Shown piece after piece: positions 43,027-55,304 of a DNA stretch of 64,000 nt (its first letter is position 1; each line of letters starts with the position of its first letter). The DNA is from Bdellovibrionales bacterium (GTDB lineage: Bacteria > Bdellovibrionota > Bdellovibrionia > Bdellovibrionales > JAUICD01): contig CBDANC010000014.1 in assembly GCA_965197425.1 (NCBI GenBank), positions 256,001-320,000 of the forward strand. The letters are read 5' to 3'. A model generated the notes under the pieces. That model was not told where the DNA came from. It ran no database searches and saw nothing but the letters and a program-made list of their open reading frames with translations. The position numbers and the translations under genes are program-made.

Positions 43027-43500
43027 TTACCAATTATAGTGGGCAAAAGCTTTGTTAGCTTCACTCATTCTGTGAACATCATCTCTTTTCTTAACAGCAT
43101 TACCACGATTGTTATATGCATCCATTAGCTCAGAGGCTAATCTCTTAGCCATAGTTTTGTCTTTTCTTTCTCTTGCATAACCAACCAACCATCTCATTGC
43201 CAATGTCTGCCTTCTAACAGGTCTGATCTCAACAGGAACTTGATAAGTTGCACCACCAACTCTTCTTGAACGAACTTCAACAGATGGCTTTGAATTCTCG
43301 ATAGCTTTTTTAAATACAGCTAAAGGTTCATCCAACTTTACTTTTTCTTTTAAAATATCAATACAACCATAAAAGATGTTCTGAGCTATAGATTTTTTAC
43401 CATCCACCATCAGATGATTAATAAATTTGGAAACCATCAAATCATGATAAACTGGGTCTGGTATAGTTTTTCTTGTATAATTACCCTTCTTTCTCGACAT
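43027..43500 (-). CDS. rpsG: 30S ribosomal protein S7
   Basis: [11 protein letters not shown] and EANKAFAHY. Confidence 0.98.
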   Translation of the reverse strand: MSRKKGNYTRKTIPDPVYHDLMVSKFINHLMVDGKKSIAQNIFYGCIDILKEKVKLDEPLAVFKKAIENSKPSVEVRSRRVGGATYQVPVEIRPVRRQTLAMRWLVGYARERKDKTMAKRLASELMDAYNNRGNAVKKRDDVHRMSEANKAFAHYNW

Positions 43501-43531
43501 AGATCCTCTTTACAATCCTCTATTACTTCTA

Positions 43532-43918
43532 TTAACTCTTAGTTGTCTTGGTAGATTTTTTAGCTCCGTATTTAGATCTACCATTTAATCTGTTCTGCAC
43601 ACCTTGAGTATCCAAAACACCCCTTACAATATGATATCTTACACCAGGAATATCTTTTACTCTTCCACCTCTGATCAATACTACCGAGTGTTCCTGCAAA
43701 TTATGACCTATACCAGGAATATAGCCAGTAACTTCATGTCCGTTGGAAAGTTTTATACGGGCAACCTTCCTTAGAGCAGAGTTTGGTTTTTTAGGAGTTT
43801 GGGTATACACACGGGTACACACACCTCTTTTATGAGGACAAGCCTTCAGTGCTGGAGACTTGGTTCTGGATTTTGGCAAGACCCTGGATTTTCTTATTAA
43901 TTGATTAATTGTAGGCAT
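43532..43918 (-). CDS. rpsL: 30S ribosomal protein S12
   Basis: MPTINQL and [10 protein letters not shown]. Confidence 0.99.
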   Translation of the reverse strand: MPTINQLIRKSRVLPKSRTKSPALKACPHKRGVCTRVYTQTPKKPNSALRKVARIKLSNGHEVTGYIPGIGHNLQEHSVVLIRGGRVKDIPGVRYHIVRGVLDTQGVQNRLNGRSKYGAKKSTKTTKS

Positions 43919-43996
43919 CAGTGCTCTTTTCCATATCTATTATCAACCTAGTATTTATTAATTTACTCATAATTTGTTTTTTACCGTTTTCATGTC

Positions 43997-46900
43997 CTAT
44001 ACCTCACTTGCATGTTCATTATCAATATCAACTTTCCATTTTTTATAACATGAAAGGCCTGTTCCTGCAGGAATCAGTCTACCCATAATAATATTTTCCT
44101 TTAATCCCTTAAGATCGTCCTTAGCTCCACATATGGCAGCTTCGGTTAGAACCTTTGTGGTCTCCTGGAAGGACGCCGCAGAAATCCAACTGTCTGTACT
44201 AAGACTGGCTTTGGTTATACCCAACAATAAAGGCTCTGCCTTTGCAGGGGCTCCTCCTTCTGCAACAATTCTCTTATTTTCCGTCTCAAACTCATATTTT
44301 TCTACTCGCTCTTCTAATAAAAACCCGGTGTCTCCAGAATCTACAACCTTAACTCTCTTTAACATCTGCCTTACTATAATTTCTATATGCTTATCATTTA
44401 TAGGCACACCCTGAAGTCTATACACTTCTTGTATTTCATTCACTATGTATGAAGCTAGCTCATGATCACCTAGTACTGCTAAAATATCATGTGGATTGGT
44501 AGAGCCATCCATCAAAGCCTCCCCAGCTTTTACATACTCACCTTCCCTAACAGCTATGTGCTTTCCTTTTGGAATTAAATATTCTCTAGGCTCACCTTTC
44601 TCTTCTTCAGGAGTAACAGTTACCCTCTGTTTGCCTTTTAAGTCTTTACCAAAACTCACATACCCATCAATTTCTGTAACAATTGCAGACTCCTTAGGTT
44701 TTCTTGCCTCGAACAATTCAGCAACCCTAGGTAAACCACCTGTGATATCCTTAGTCTTAGTAGTTTCTCTATGAATTTTTGCAATTACATCTCCAGCCTT
44801 GATCTCTGCATCAGAGGCTACTAAAAGCTGAGCCCCAACAGGCAGTCTGTAGCGTATGTTACTACCGGAGTTAGGAGACTTCATATTTGCTCCGCTCTTA
44901 TCTACCAACACAACCGAAGGTTTCAGAGCTGCATCCTTTCCCTCGGTAATAACTCTGGTAGAAAATCCTGTTACAGAGTCCACCTGCTCTGAAACGGTGG
45001 AACCTTCCGTAATATCTTCATATTTTATAAAGCCATCTACCTCTGTAACAATCGGAGTTGAGTAAGGATCCCACTCAGCTATAAGTTGACCAGACCCAAC
45101 TGCATCACCTTCATTTAATTCTAAAATAGCTCCGTAGACTAATCTAAACCTGTCCCTTTCTCTTCCAGTATCATCTTGAATTATTAACTCGCCATTTCTG
45201 TTCATTACCACAAGTTTATTATCTCTATTTCGAACCGTAACCAACCCATCAAATCTAACAGTACCCTCTCTTCTAGCTTCATATATTGATTGTTCAATTG
45301 CTCTTGTTGCTGTTCCGCCCAAATGAAATGTTCTCATAGTAAGCTGAGTTCCGGGCTCACCTATAGACTGAGCTGCAATAATACCTACAGCTTCTCCCAA
45401 ATTGACAATGTTACCACAAGCTAAGTCCCTACCGTAGCACATAGCACATACACCACGACTGGTTTTACAAGTAAGAACAGATCTAATTTTAATAACATCA
45501 ATTCCGGCTTCATCTAGAGCCAGAACTTTTTCCTCCGTAATCTCATCATTTTTTCGTAACATAATTTTATCAGTGTAAGGATCTTGAATATCTTCAAAAG
45601 AAACTCTACCTAGCATTCTCTCTCCAAGAGTTTGTATAATTTCCCCACCTTCTATCAAAGGTCTCACAGTCATACCTTCATCAGTGTTGCAATCATGCTC
45701 TAACACAATACAATCTTGTGCTACATCGACAAGTCTTCTGGTTAAGTAACCGGAGTTAGCAGTCTTTAAGGCAGTATCTGCAAGTCCTTTTCTAGCTCCG
45801 TGAGTTGAAATAAAGTACTGTAGGACAGAAAGTCCTTCTCTAAAATTTGCAGTAATAGGAGATTCTATAATTGCACCCGATGGTTTAGCCATAAGACCTC
45901 TCATACCAGCAAGCTGTCTTATCTGAGCAGCAGAACCTCTAGCTCCGGAATGGAACATCACATATATATTATTAAAACCTGTTACCTTTTTCTTCTCACC
46001 ATTGACTTCGAACTCATCGAACTCTATTTCATTCATAAGCTCTTTAGCAACTTTGTCTGATGTTTGGGTCCACAAGTCCAACACCTTATTATATCTCTCA
46101 CCATCCGTAATTAAACCTTCATCATATTGCTTATGAATTTCACGAATTTGTAAGTTAGTTTGATCTATTAACTTCTGTTTTGATTCAGGTACAATCATAT
46201 CGTCAGAACAAATTGATATGCCAGCTATGGTAGAGTACTTAAACCCTGTACGCATCAATCTGTCTGCCAAAAGAACCGTTGCCTTGTTTCCACTTATCCT
46301 GAAACATGAGTCAATTAAATTGGCAACTTGCTTTTTAGTCATAAGCTGATTTGCTTGATCAAAAGAAACTTCAGGTGGCACCATATCAGCCAAGATAGCT
46401 CTACCAGTAGTAGTCTCTTCTAGCTTTCCATTGACTCTTACTTTTATCCCAGCTTGTATATCTATATGACCAGTTTCATAGGCATATAAAACTTCTGGGA
46501 TGCTACAAAACACTCTCCCTTCTCCCTTTGCACCATGTCTTAATCTAGTCATCCAATATAAACCCAAAACTACATCTTGAGATGGATTAATGATTGGTCT
46601 TCCATTAGCTGGAGATAAAATGTTGTTAGTCGACATCATTAACACTCTAGCTTCTGTCTGTGCCTCCAATGACAAAGGTACATGAACAGCCATCTGATCA
46701 CCGTCAAAGTCTGCATTATAAGCAGTACATACAAGAGGATGTAATTGTATTGCTTTACCTTCATTCAACACTGGCTCAAAACCTTGAATACCAAGTCTGT
46801 GAAGTGTAGGTGCTCTGTTTAGCAAAACAGGGTGTTCTTTTACAATCTCAGCCAAAATATCCCAAACTTCATCATCCTCCTGCTCCACTATTCTCTTTGC

Positions 46901-48088
46901 ATGCTTAATTGTGCTGGCCAATCCCCTTTCTTCTAACTTGTTATAGACAAATGGTTTAAATAACTCCAAAGCCATCTTCTTTGGTATTCCACATTGATGA
47001 AGCCTTAAGTGTGGCCCCACCACAATTACAGATCTACCAGAGTAATCCACACGTTTACCCAATAGATTTTGTCTAAACCTTCCTTGTTTACCTTTAAGTG
47101 CATCACTCAAAGAACGAAGCGGTCTTTTGTTAGGCCCTGTAAATACCTTGCCTCTTCTTCCGTTATCAAATAGAGCATCCACAGATTCCTGCAACATTCG
47201 CTTTTCATTTCTTATTATAATTTCAGGTGCAGAAAGCTCTTTGAGTCTTTTAAGTCTGTTGTTTCTATTGATAACTCTTCTATAAAGATCATTTAGATCA
47301 GATGTTGCAAACCTGCCTCCATCCAAAGGCACAAGAGGTCTTAGATCAGGAGGGATTACAGGTACGACATCCAAGATCATCCACTCTGGTTTATTAGGAG
47401 AGCCTTTAAAAGCATCCACTACTTTAAGTCTTTTGGTTATTTTTTTTATCGTAGCTTCAGATTTACTTTCCTTAATATCTATTCTTAATTTTTTTGATAA
47501 AAATTCTAGATCAATTTTACTCAACAATTCTTTTATAGCTTCTCCACCCATTTTGGCCTTAAAGCCAGGGCCATGTTCAGACATTGCATCTTGTAACTCT
47601 TCTTCTGACAGCAGTTGTCCTTCTGTTAGATTGGTTTCCGTAGGATCAACCACTACATAGGACTCACAATACAAAACTCTCTCCACATCTTTTAGACTCA
47701 TGTCTAACAAGTTGCCTATCCTACTAGGTAGAGATCTTAAAAACCAAATGTGTGCAACAGGAGAAGCTAATTCTATATGCCCCATTCGCTCTCTACGAAC
47801 TTTACTCTGTGTTACTTCAACACCACATTTTTCACACACAATTCCACGAAACTTCATTCTTTTATATTTGCCACAAATACATTCGTAATCCCTGGTGGGA
47901 CCAAATATTTTTGCACAAAACAAACCTTCTCTCTCCGGCTTAAATGTTCTGTAGTTTATGGTTTCAGGTTTTTTTACTTCACCAAAAGACCACTTGCGAA
48001 TTACTTCAGGAGGTGCCAAAGACACTCTAACAGCATTGAACGCTAAGGGATCTTTTGGTTTATCAAAAAAGTTCAATAGGTCTTTCAT
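43997..48088 (-). CDS. rpoC: RNA polymerase beta' subunit
   Basis: [12 protein letters not shown] and N-terminal Zn finger. Confidence 0.99.
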   Translation of the reverse strand: MKDLLNFFDKPKDPLAFNAVRVSLAPPEVIRKWSFGEVKKPETINYRTFKPEREGLFCAKIFGPTRDYECICGKYKRMKFRGIVCEKCGVEVTQSKVRRERMGHIELASPVAHIWFLRSLPSRIGNLLDMSLKDVERVLYCESYVVVDPTETNLTEGQLLSEEELQDAMSEHGPGFKAKMGGEAIKELLSKIDLEFLSKKLRIDIKESKSEATIKKITKRLKVVDAFKGSPNKPEWMILDVVPVIPPDLRPLVPLDGGRFATSDLNDLYRRVINRNNRLKRLKELSAPEIIIRNEKRMLQESVDALFDNGRRGKVFTGPNKRPLRSLSDALKGKQGRFRQNLLGKRVDYSGRSVIVVGPHLRLHQCGIPKKMALELFKPFVYNKLEERGLASTIKHAKRIVEQEDDEVWDILAEIVKEHPVLLNRAPTLHRLGIQGFEPVLNEGKAIQLHPLVCTAYNADFDGDQMAVHVPLSLEAQTEARVLMMSTNNILSPANGRPIINPSQDVVLGLYWMTRLRHGAKGEGRVFCSIPEVLYAYETGHIDIQAGIKVRVNGKLEETTTGRAILADMVPPEVSFDQANQLMTKKQVANLIDSCFRISGNKATVLLADRLMRTGFKYSTIAGISICSDDMIVPESKQKLIDQTNLQIREIHKQYDEGLITDGERYNKVLDLWTQTSDKVAKELMNEIEFDEFEVNGEKKKVTGFNNIYVMFHSGARGSAAQIRQLAGMRGLMAKPSGAIIESPITANFREGLSVLQYFISTHGARKGLADTALKTANSGYLTRRLVDVAQDCIVLEHDCNTDEGMTVRPLIEGGEIIQTLGERMLGRVSFEDIQDPYTDKIMLRKNDEITEEKVLALDEAGIDVIKIRSVLTCKTSRGVCAMCYGRDLACGNIVNLGEAVGIIAAQSIGEPGTQLTMRTFHLGGTATRAIEQSIYEARREGTVRFDGLVTVRNRDNKLVVMNRNGELIIQDDTGRERDRFRLVYGAILELNEGDAVGSGQLIAEWDPYSTPIVTEVDGFIKYEDITEGSTVSEQVDSVTGFSTRVITEGKDAALKPSVVLVDKSGANMKSPNSGSNIRYRLPVGAQLLVASDAEIKAGDVIAKIHRETTKTKDITGGLPRVAELFEARKPKESAIVTEIDGYVSFGKDLKGKQRVTVTPEEEKGEPREYLIPKGKHIAVREGEYVKAGEALMDGSTNPHDILAVLGDHELASYIVNEIQEVYRLQGVPINDKHIEIIVRQMLKRVKVVDSGDTGFLLEERVEKYEFETENKRIVAEGGAPAKAEPLLLGITKASLSTDSWISAASFQETTKVLTEAAICGAKDDLKGLKENIIMGRLIPAGTGLSCYKKWKVDIDNEHASEV

Positions 48089-48277
48089 AAAGGTCTTCCT
48101 AATGAGGCTAAAAACAAGTGGACTTGTTCACTTTGGTTCAATTGGCTCATGGGATAAATCTTCATATTATCCAATTGAAATAACCTCCCTGCGGTCGGTT
48201 TTTTTGCCGAGTGGTTGCCCAGCTCTATACGTGTCATCAAATTCATCTCCATAAAGGTTTTCCTAATGAGGCTAAAA
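48086..48277 (-). repeat. Dispersed repeat M2+M3 between rpoB and rpoC, bounded by 28-bp direct repeats
   Basis: Close match to the reverse complement of 57255-57390; direct repeats at 48086-48113 and 48250-48277 (27/28 identical). Confidence 0.9.
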
Positions 48278-48280
48278 GTT

Positions 48281-51200
48281 TCATTGAAAAATAGCATCTT
48301 CATCATCCATTCCAACTTCTGATTCTTCGCCTAGTATATTGGACTCTAATAGATCAACGTTTAGACCCAAACTCTGTAACTCTTTAATAAGTACATTGAA
48401 TGATTCTGGTAAACCAGCATCAAGCATGTTTTCTCCCTTCACAATACTTTCATACATTCTGGTTCTACCAGCAACATCATCTGACTTAACAGTTAAAAAC
48501 TCTTGAAGTGAATAAGCAGCTCCGTAAGCCTCAATAGCCCATACCTCCATCTCACCTAGTCTTTGTCCACCAAATTGTGCTTTACCACCAAGAGGTTGTT
48601 GGCTTACCAAAGAATAAGGCCCGATCGCTCTTGCGTGTATTTTTTCTTCAACCAAATGGTGAAGCTTTAACATGTACATCACACCAACAGTAATTGGATT
48701 TTGGAATGGTTCACCAGTTCTACCATCAAAAAGAACTGTCTGACCATTTGATGGAAGGCCGGTTTTTTCAAACAATTCTTTGATTTCATCTTCTTTAACA
48801 CCATCAAAAACGGGACTTGAAATGTGTACCCCCTTTCTTAAATAAGGGATCATATTTCTTATCGATTCATCATCAGCACCTTTAATTTGAGATTCGAACT
48901 CTGTGTCCTTAAAAATTTCCAAAAGATCTTTTCTAGCAACCTCAGCTTGAAAGTCTTTTATAAATCTATCCAGGCCATCGCTTAAAGTTCTAGCTGCTAA
49001 ACCAAGATGAGTTTCTAAAATTTGGCCAATATTCATTCTGGATGGAACTCCAAGTGGATTTAAAATCATATCCACAGGATTTCCATCAGCCATATAGGGC
49101 ATATCTTCTTCTGCAACTATTTTAGATACAACACCTTTGTTTCCATGTCTTCCTGCAAACTTATCTCCAACTTGAAGCTTCCTTTTTATGGCCACATACA
49201 CTTTGACCATTTTAATAACTCCAGGAAGAAGTTCATCTCCTTTGTCAAGCCTTCCAGATTTGTCATCAAATATAACTCTTATAGCTTCTAGTTGTTTTCT
49301 AGCTTCATTCACTACATCTGACACCTTGGTCTCAAGTGATGATTCCAAAGGTATGTAAGACAAAAGATCAAATGGAATAGCTTCCAGATCATCTGCAGTT
49401 ATTTGTTGTTTCTTTTCTAGCAAGTTTTGTGTCCCATCTTCATTTAAAAGTTCGCCTGTGGTCTTTTCACCAACCAGAATTTGTTTTAATTTATCAAAGG
49501 CATTGTTTCTAATTACATTTTCTTCAACACCTAAATCTTTTTTCAATTTTTTCTTTTTATGAGCAATTATATATTGAAGCCTTTCGTCTTTTTCATCAGG
49601 TTCTCTACTGTACACTTGTGCATCTATAATAGTTCCCATAACACCAGATGGAACTCTCAAAGAAGTGTCCTTAACATCCCCGGCTTTTTCACCAAAGATT
49701 GCTCTTAATAATTTTTCCTCTGGTGAAAGTAAAGTTTCTCCCTTTGGAGTAACTTTACCAACCAGAACATCCCCCGGTTTTACCTCAGCCCCGATGCGAA
49801 CAACACCACTTTGATCCAGATCTTTTAATGCCTCTTCACCAACATTTGCTATATCTCTTGTAATCTCCTCTGACCCTAGTTTTGTGTCTCTTGCTACACA
49901 TTCAAATTCCTCAATGTGTATAGAGGTAAAGGCATCTTCTTTAATTAGTTTTTCAGATAATAAAATTGAGTCTTCAAAGTTATATCCTTGCCAAGGAGCA
50001 AATGCTATAATCACATTTTTGCCCAAAGCTAGTTCACCTAACTCAGTTGCAGGTCCATCTGCTATTATATCTCCAGCCTTAACCCTATCTCCTAGTTTCA
50101 CAATAGGCTTTTGATTAAAACATGTGTTCTGGTTTGTTCTTTGATATTTTATTAGGTTATAAATGTCGACATTGGCACCAAGCCCACCACCTTTAGCAAG
50201 TCTTCTTACCACTATCATCGAAGCATCAATTTTAACCACCTCACCATCATTTCTACATACAATAGAAGTACCAGAATCTCTTGCAACCAATCGTTCAACA
50301 CCCGTTCCCACCAAAGGAGCTTCGGTCAACATCAAAGGAACTGCTTGTCGTTGCATATTAGATCCCATCAATGCTCTGTTCGCATCATCATGCTCTAGAA
50401 AAGGAATCAAAGAAGCAGCTATTGATACAAGTTGGCTAGGGGATACATCCATCAAAGTAACTTGATCTTTGGCTATAGTTTTATACTCTCCATTGAGCCT
50501 TACATCCACCATTCCCTGGGAGTTGGGGGATAACTTGTCTTGACCACTGGACTGTGCAATATGATGACCTGTCTCTTCAAAAGCCGACAAGTACTGCACT
50601 TTCTTTTTAATCTTTCCATTTTCGACAGCTTTGTAAGGAGTTTCTATAAATCCATATTTATTTATCCTAGCGAAGCTTGCCAGTGATGCAATAAGACCGA
50701 TGTTTGGACCTTCTGGTGTCTCAACAGGACAAATTCTACCATAGTGTGTAGGGTGTACATCCCTTACCTCAAACCCAGCTCTATCCCTGGTTAAACCTCC
50801 AGGGCCTAATGCAGACAATCTTCTTTTATGAGTGATCTCCGCAAGAGGATTTGTTTGATCCATAAACTGTGAAAGTTGAGATGAACCAAAAAATTCTTTT
50901 ACTACAGCATTTACAGGTTTTGCGTTTACCAGATCATGAGGCATCATGGTTTCTATATCCTGAAGACTCATTCGCTCCATTATAGAACGCTCCATCCTAA
51001 CAAGCCCTATTCTATATTGATTTTCTAAAAGCTCTCCAACAGATCTTATTCTTCTGTTACCTAAGTGATCTATGTCATCAACTTGACCAATACCATTTTT
51101 AAGATCGATTAAAGTTTTAACCACCAACACAATATCTTCTTTTCTCAAAGTTCCATGCGTTATTGGCACATCGTTTGTGTTGAATCTATGGTTAAACTTC

Positions 51201-52438
51201 AGCCTACCTACTTCTGAGAGATCATAAGTCTCTGGATTAAAAAACATTCTTTCGAAAAAAGCTTCTGCCATTTTAATTGTTGGAGGTTCTCCATGTCTCA
51301 TACGTTTATATATGTCTAATAGAGCAGCCTCTTTATTTGGAATTTTGTCTATCAATAAGGTGTTTCTCAATGAGTGACTAACAGTTAACCCATCAAAGAA
51401 AATTACTTTTAGTGTTTTTATTTTTGCATTTTCTATAGCTTCTAAAATTTCAGGAGTTATATCGGCGTTAGCCTCTGCTATAATTTCACCTGTATTTTCA
51501 TCCATCACTGTGTCAGTAAGAACTTTTCCCAGAAGCTCTTCTCTTTCTATTTGACACTCCTTCATACCAAGCTCTTTTACTTTGCTCACTACAGATCTTG
51601 TTATTCTACGTCCTTGCTTGACTATCACTTCTTTGGTTTTAGGGCTGATTATGTCACCAGAAGCTCTGGTACCTAAGATTTGATCTATGTTAAGTGTCTT
51701 TTTTATTTTTCCATTAGCACCAATTGTAATTATATCTGGTTCATAAAATATCTCTAGTAATTCTTTGGTATCATACCCTAGTGCTTTCAAAAGTATTGTA
51801 GCCGGAAATTTTCTTTTTCTATCAATTCTTACGTACAGAAGATCTTTTTGATCAAAGTGTATATCTAGCCACGAACCTCTGTACGGTATGACCCTGGCAC
51901 TATATATGTATTTTCCACTAACAGTATTTTTTCCCTGGTCATGATCAAAAAACACACCTGGCGATCTATGCAACTGACTTACTACAACTCTTTCTGTTCC
52001 ATTTATTATAAAAGACCCACTAGCTGTCATCAAAGGCATCTCGCCTAGATAAATTTCTTGCTCTTTCACATCTCTTATTGATCTTGTATCTGAACTCTCA
52101 TCCACATCAAATACCACAAGCCTAAGAGTAACCTTAAAAGGGGAGGCAAAGGTCATTCCTCTTTGTCTACAGTCTTCAACATCATACTTTGGAGGTTCTA
52201 GTGAATATCCAACAAACTCGAGGCTACAAGTCTTGTTAAAATTTGTTATTGGGAATACAGACTTAAAAACCCCCTGTAAACCCACAGGGTTCCTTTTATC
52301 CATGTCAACATCATGTTGAAGGAAATTAGCATAAGAACGTCGTTGTAGTTCTATAAGATCTGGTATATCAACTGTTACATCTGTCTTACCATAAGAACGC
52401 CTTAGTCTTAAATTAGAGGCGGTTACAGGTGTGGCCAT
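48281..52438 (-). CDS. rpoB: RNA polymerase beta subunit
   Basis: [30 protein letters not shown]. Confidence 0.99.
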   Translation of the reverse strand: MATPVTASNLRLRRSYGKTDVTVDIPDLIELQRRSYANFLQHDVDMDKRNPVGLQGVFKSVFPITNFNKTCSLEFVGYSLEPPKYDVEDCRQRGMTFASPFKVTLRLVVFDVDESSDTRSIRDVKEQEIYLGEMPLMTASGSFIINGTERVVVSQLHRSPGVFFDHDQGKNTVSGKYIYSARVIPYRGSWLDIHFDQKDLLYVRIDRKRKFPATILLKALGYDTKELLEIFYEPDIITIGANGKIKKTLNIDQILGTRASGDIISPKTKEVIVKQGRRITRSVVSKVKELGMKECQIEREELLGKVLTDTVMDENTGEIIAEANADITPEILEAIENAKIKTLKVIFFDGLTVSHSLRNTLLIDKIPNKEAALLDIYKRMRHGEPPTIKMAEAFFERMFFNPETYDLSEVGRLKFNHRFNTNDVPITHGTLRKEDIVLVVKTLIDLKNGIGQVDDIDHLGNRRIRSVGELLENQYRIGLVRMERSIMERMSLQDIETMMPHDLVNAKPVNAVVKEFFGSSQLSQFMDQTNPLAEITHKRRLSALGPGGLTRDRAGFEVRDVHPTHYGRICPVETPEGPNIGLIASLASFARINKYGFIETPYKAVENGKIKKKVQYLSAFEETGHHIAQSSGQDKLSPNSQGMVDVRLNGEYKTIAKDQVTLMDVSPSQLVSIAASLIPFLEHDDANRALMGSNMQRQAVPLMLTEAPLVGTGVERLVARDSGTSIVCRNDGEVVKIDASMIVVRRLAKGGGLGANVDIYNLIKYQRTNQNTCFNQKPIVKLGDRVKAGDIIADGPATELGELALGKNVIIAFAPWQGYNFEDSILLSEKLIKEDAFTSIHIEEFECVARDTKLGSEEITRDIANVGEEALKDLDQSGVVRIGAEVKPGDVLVGKVTPKGETLLSPEEKLLRAIFGEKAGDVKDTSLRVPSGVMGTIIDAQVYSREPDEKDERLQYIIAHKKKKLKKDLGVEENVIRNNAFDKLKQILVGEKTTGELLNEDGTQNLLEKKQQITADDLEAIPFDLLSYIPLESSLETKVSDVVNEARKQLEAIRVIFDDKSGRLDKGDELLPGVIKMVKVYVAIKRKLQVGDKFAGRHGNKGVVSKIVAEEDMPYMADGNPVDMILNPLGVPSRMNIGQILETHLGLAARTLSDGLDRFIKDFQAEVARKDLLEIFKDTEFESQIKGADDESIRNMIPYLRKGVHISSPVFDGVKEDEIKELFEKTGLPSNGQTVLFDGRTGEPFQNPITVGVMYMLKLHHLVEEKIHARAIGPYSLVSQQPLGGKAQFGGQRLGEMEVWAIEAYGAAYSLQEFLTVKSDDVAGRTRMYESIVKGENMLDAGLPESFNVLIKELQSLGLNVDLLESNILGEESEVGMDDEDAIFQ

Positions 52439-52522
52439 ACTATTATTAACTCTCCTTTATCAATTTTGGCATTATAAGCCATCACAAAGGGACATGTGTT
52501 CCATTTGTTTGTTGGATGAAAA

Positions 52523-52900
52523 TTACTTTAATTCTACAGTGGCTCCGGTTTTTTCAAGAGACTCTTTTATTTTACCAGCATCCTCTTTATTAACACCCTG
52601 TTTTACAGGTTTTGGAGCAGATTCCACCAACTCTTTTGCCTCTTTGAGCCCAAGACCTGTTATGGTTCTAACCTCTTTGATTACAGAAATTTTATTTGAT
52701 CCAACAGACTGAAGCACAACATCAAATTCTGTCTTTTCCTCACTAGCTCCTGCATCTGTACCTGCTGCTGGCCCTGCTGCAACCGCAACCTGAGCTGCAC
52801 TAACACCCCATTTTTCTTCTAATTCTTCTACAAGCGAAGATAGCTCTATAACAGGTAACTGAGATAGATAGTCTATCACTTGGTTCCGATCTAAAGACAT
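52523..52900 (-). CDS. rplL: 50S ribosomal protein L7/L12
   Basis: [10 protein letters not shown] and [12 protein letters not shown]. Confidence 0.98.
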   Translation of the reverse strand: MSLDRNQVIDYLSQLPVIELSSLVEELEEKWGVSAAQVAVAAGPAAGTDAGASEEKTEFDVVLQSVGSNKISVIKEVRTITGLGLKEAKELVESAPKPVKQGVNKEDAGKIKESLEKTGATVELK

Positions 52901-52924
52901 ATTGTTTTTCCTCCTACAGAAAAA

Positions 52925-53443
52925 TTAAGTTTGGTTTTCTTTAGCTCTAAGCAAACGCACAAAGCTGGATTGCGGAGCTTTTAATTGTCTCAAAAACTTA
53001 CTCTGAACAGCTCCAAGAACAGAAAGAAACTTAGCTCTAAGCTCATCAAGGCTTGGGAGCTTAGATAGATATACAATTTTATCACTATCTAACTTTTGGC
53101 CATCCATGAGGCCAACTTTTAGTTTCAAAGATTCAAGCTCTTCTTGAAATTCACACAAAATCTTGGCTATCTTAGGCACATCTTCATATGCAAAAACCAA
53201 AGCATTTGGCCCTACAAAATGCTCTTCTAACATAGCAAATTTGTCTGAATCACCTTTTAAAGAAACCTTAGCTAAAGTGTTTCTTATGACTTTCATCTCT
53301 GCACCAGAATTAACAAGTCCCTTTCTAAGGCTCGTAACCTGCTCTACATTTATTCCCTTGAAGTTGACCAAAAAAGATGCCTTGGCCTTAGAAAATTTAT
53401 CAATCAAACTGCTTATCTCTTGCTCTTTTCTCAAACGATCCAA
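52925..53443 (-). CDS. rplJ: 50S ribosomal protein L10 (TTG start after GGAGAG)
   Basis: LRK, VIRNTLA, GPNAL, LPS.DEL; upstream of rplL. Confidence 0.93.
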   Translation of the reverse strand: MDRLRKEQEISSLIDKFSKAKASFLVNFKGINVEQVTSLRKGLVNSGAEMKVIRNTLAKVSLKGDSDKFAMLEEHFVGPNALVFAYEDVPKIAKILCEFQEELESLKLKVGLMDGQKLDSDKIVYLSKLPSLDELRAKFLSVLGAVQSKFLRQLKAPQSSFVRLLRAKENQT

Positions 53444-53715
53444 ACTAAACTCTCCTAAGTCTATGCTAAACAAAAAAGCAAAAACAGCAGCAAACACCCT
53501 AAGCTTGCACCAAATCTTGTGCTTAATTTACTATGGTTTATCGCAACCAATGCCCTGATTTTTAGTTCAGGGTACTTTGCTTCAAAGCGTTAAAATTAAG
53601 CATTACAAAATTAAGCACAAAAAGACCTTTCCTTAATCTCAATTGATTAACAAAAGGCATGCGTAAGCAAATACGGCTAGCATCAAAAAATATGATCGTC
53701 AACTAAAAAATTATA

Positions 53716-53914
53716 TAAAGGTCTTCCAACTAGGCCAACTCCGTTTGCCTTTTGGCCGAGTGGTTGCCCAGCTCTGGACAAGATGCCGATCCCGTCACTA
53801 AAGGCCTTCCGAACGAGGCAAAAAACCGACCGCAGGGTGGTTATTTCAATTGGATAATATAAAGATTTATCCCGTGAGCTAATTGAACCATCTGGCAAAG
53901 CCAGATTTATTTGC
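53716..53914. repeat. Composite dispersed repeat: short M2 (minus strand) plus M2 end with M3 in the opposite orientation
   Basis: taaaggtcttcc at 53716 and taaaggccttcc at 53799; M3 at 53823-53889 on the plus strand. Confidence 0.88.
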
Positions 53915-54105
53915 TGTTCACTAACCTCACCTTTACGTAAAAAATCCTATATTTTTGTTTAGCTAATCATAATAAGTTCCGAAACCCTATTAAAGTACGT
54001 GGTTTAGATACTAATGGTTGGTGAAGCTTGGAGTAAACTGGGTTTGGACAAAAATCAGCCACAAATAAGGGTTTTAACCGAGTATAGTATAAATGGGAGG
54101 TACTC

Positions 54106-54762
54106 GTGACAAGATATTTCTTACCAAATGGTTTGTTAGCAAGAGGTTTTGTGCTGTTGCTTTCTATAGCTGTAGTTAGTTGTTCTGATTACAGCCAGAA
54201 AAGCGTGGATGTAAATGCTGCTCCTTCTAGCGTTGATTTTGTTACAACAACAATTATACAGGACGTGACGAGAATACCTGGGCACTTTGACCATGATCCC
54301 AAGTATCCTGCAGGTCATACAACTACAATTTCAGTAGACTATGGTGCCTACATTGATCGTCTGAACGAGCTTAGAGCTGACGTGTTAAAAGAATTTGATG
54401 AGAACCCAAATCCATATGCTCCTTCTGATGCTGCAACAAAACAAGCTGCAATTGATGAAGAGGCAACAAAAATACCTGCTGGTGGTACAATAAGAGTTTC
54501 ATTTTATGATGAGGATACAGAAAAGTTAGATGTCAGCAATTTTGAATTTTCATTATTTGCCGATGGGCAAAGAGTTATCGATGCAGAGACTTTTGCTGTG
54601 TCTGGAGAACCTGAAAAATATAACAAAACGCTTTTTACAAATTCAGTAGAGTTGAACCTTCCTCGAGACATATCCGATGCAGGATTGATTAGTCTGGAAA
54701 TATACGACAGTGTTAGCCAAACAACCACTATCTTTGCAATGACTAACAAAGTACAGAATTAA
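54106..54762 (+). CDS. Hypothetical lipoprotein
   Basis: GGGAGG RBS, lipobox VVSC, upstream TTTAG-N15-TCCGAAAC (53958-53985). Confidence 0.75.
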   Translation: MTRYFLPNGLLARGFVLLLSIAVVSCSDYSQKSVDVNAAPSSVDFVTTTIIQDVTRIPGHFDHDPKYPAGHTTTISVDYGAYIDRLNELRADVLKEFDENPNPYAPSDAATKQAAIDEEATKIPAGGTIRVSFYDEDTEKLDVSNFEFSLFADGQRVIDAETFAVSGEPEKYNKTLFTNSVELNLPRDISDAGLISLEIYDSVSQTTTIFAMTNKVQN

Positions 54763-54783
54763 ACTCTAGATTTACAAGTAAGC

Positions 54784-55098
54784 TCAAAAAACACACGGTT
54801 TAAACCGTGTGTTTTTGCATAATTTGTACAGATAAGCTCCTAGTTTATTGCTTTCTACTATAAGAGCTTTGTGGTTTATAATTTCTAGTATTGCCTGTGT
54901 TTCTCTAAGCGATCCTAGGCTTATTGTATAGAACCTTCTTCTTTTTTTAGCTGTTGGTTTTGCACTCCCTTCTGCTAGATTAAGTACTATACTTAGGATA
55001 GCTCTTTGGAATTGATTTTTGAGGGGTTCTCTTAAAGTTAGTTTTTTAGCTTTGTAGTAGAAGTTAATAGCTAATTGGTATGTTTTTAATTTTTTCAT
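54784..55098 (-). CDS. Four-helix-bundle protein (23S rRNA IVP/bAvd-like family)
   Basis: YQLA...Q..RA..SI.LNLAEG.....R.RFY.ISLGSL.E motif. Confidence 0.85.
   Translation of the reverse strand: MKKLKTYQLAINFYYKAKKLTLREPLKNQFQRAILSIVLNLAEGSAKPTAKKRRRFYTISLGSLRETQAILEIINHKALIVESNKLGAYLYKLCKNTRFKPCVF
54787..54816. terminator. Perfect 30-bp palindrome, likely a bidirectional terminator
   Basis: aaaaacacacggttt|aaaccgtgtgttttt between convergent genes. Confidence 0.75.
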
Positions 55099-55151
55099 AA
55101 AATTAAAACAACTACCTAATCCCAGATTGACTGAGTGCCGGTTTGCCAGAA

Positions 55152-55227
55152 TGGCAGGGTAGGCAGGACTTGAACCCGCAACCTACGGATTTGGAGTCCG
55201 TTGCTCTACCAATTGAGCTACTACCCT
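55152..55227 (-). tRNA. tRNA-Trp(CCA)
   Basis: acgga-ctCCAaa-tccgt, TTCAA, CCA end. Confidence 0.96.
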
Positions 55228-55304
55228 AGGGATTCAACTCCAAACCCTATAAAATACATTTGGGCCTCAAAAGTCACTAACAAAAACCACAAACAGAAGT
55301 GGGA

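Noticed and set aside
53683..53898. Small ORFs at 4569, 4720, 6853 and 53683
   Set aside because: They lie within the dispersed repeat with no RBS or coupling evidence and are not called as genes.
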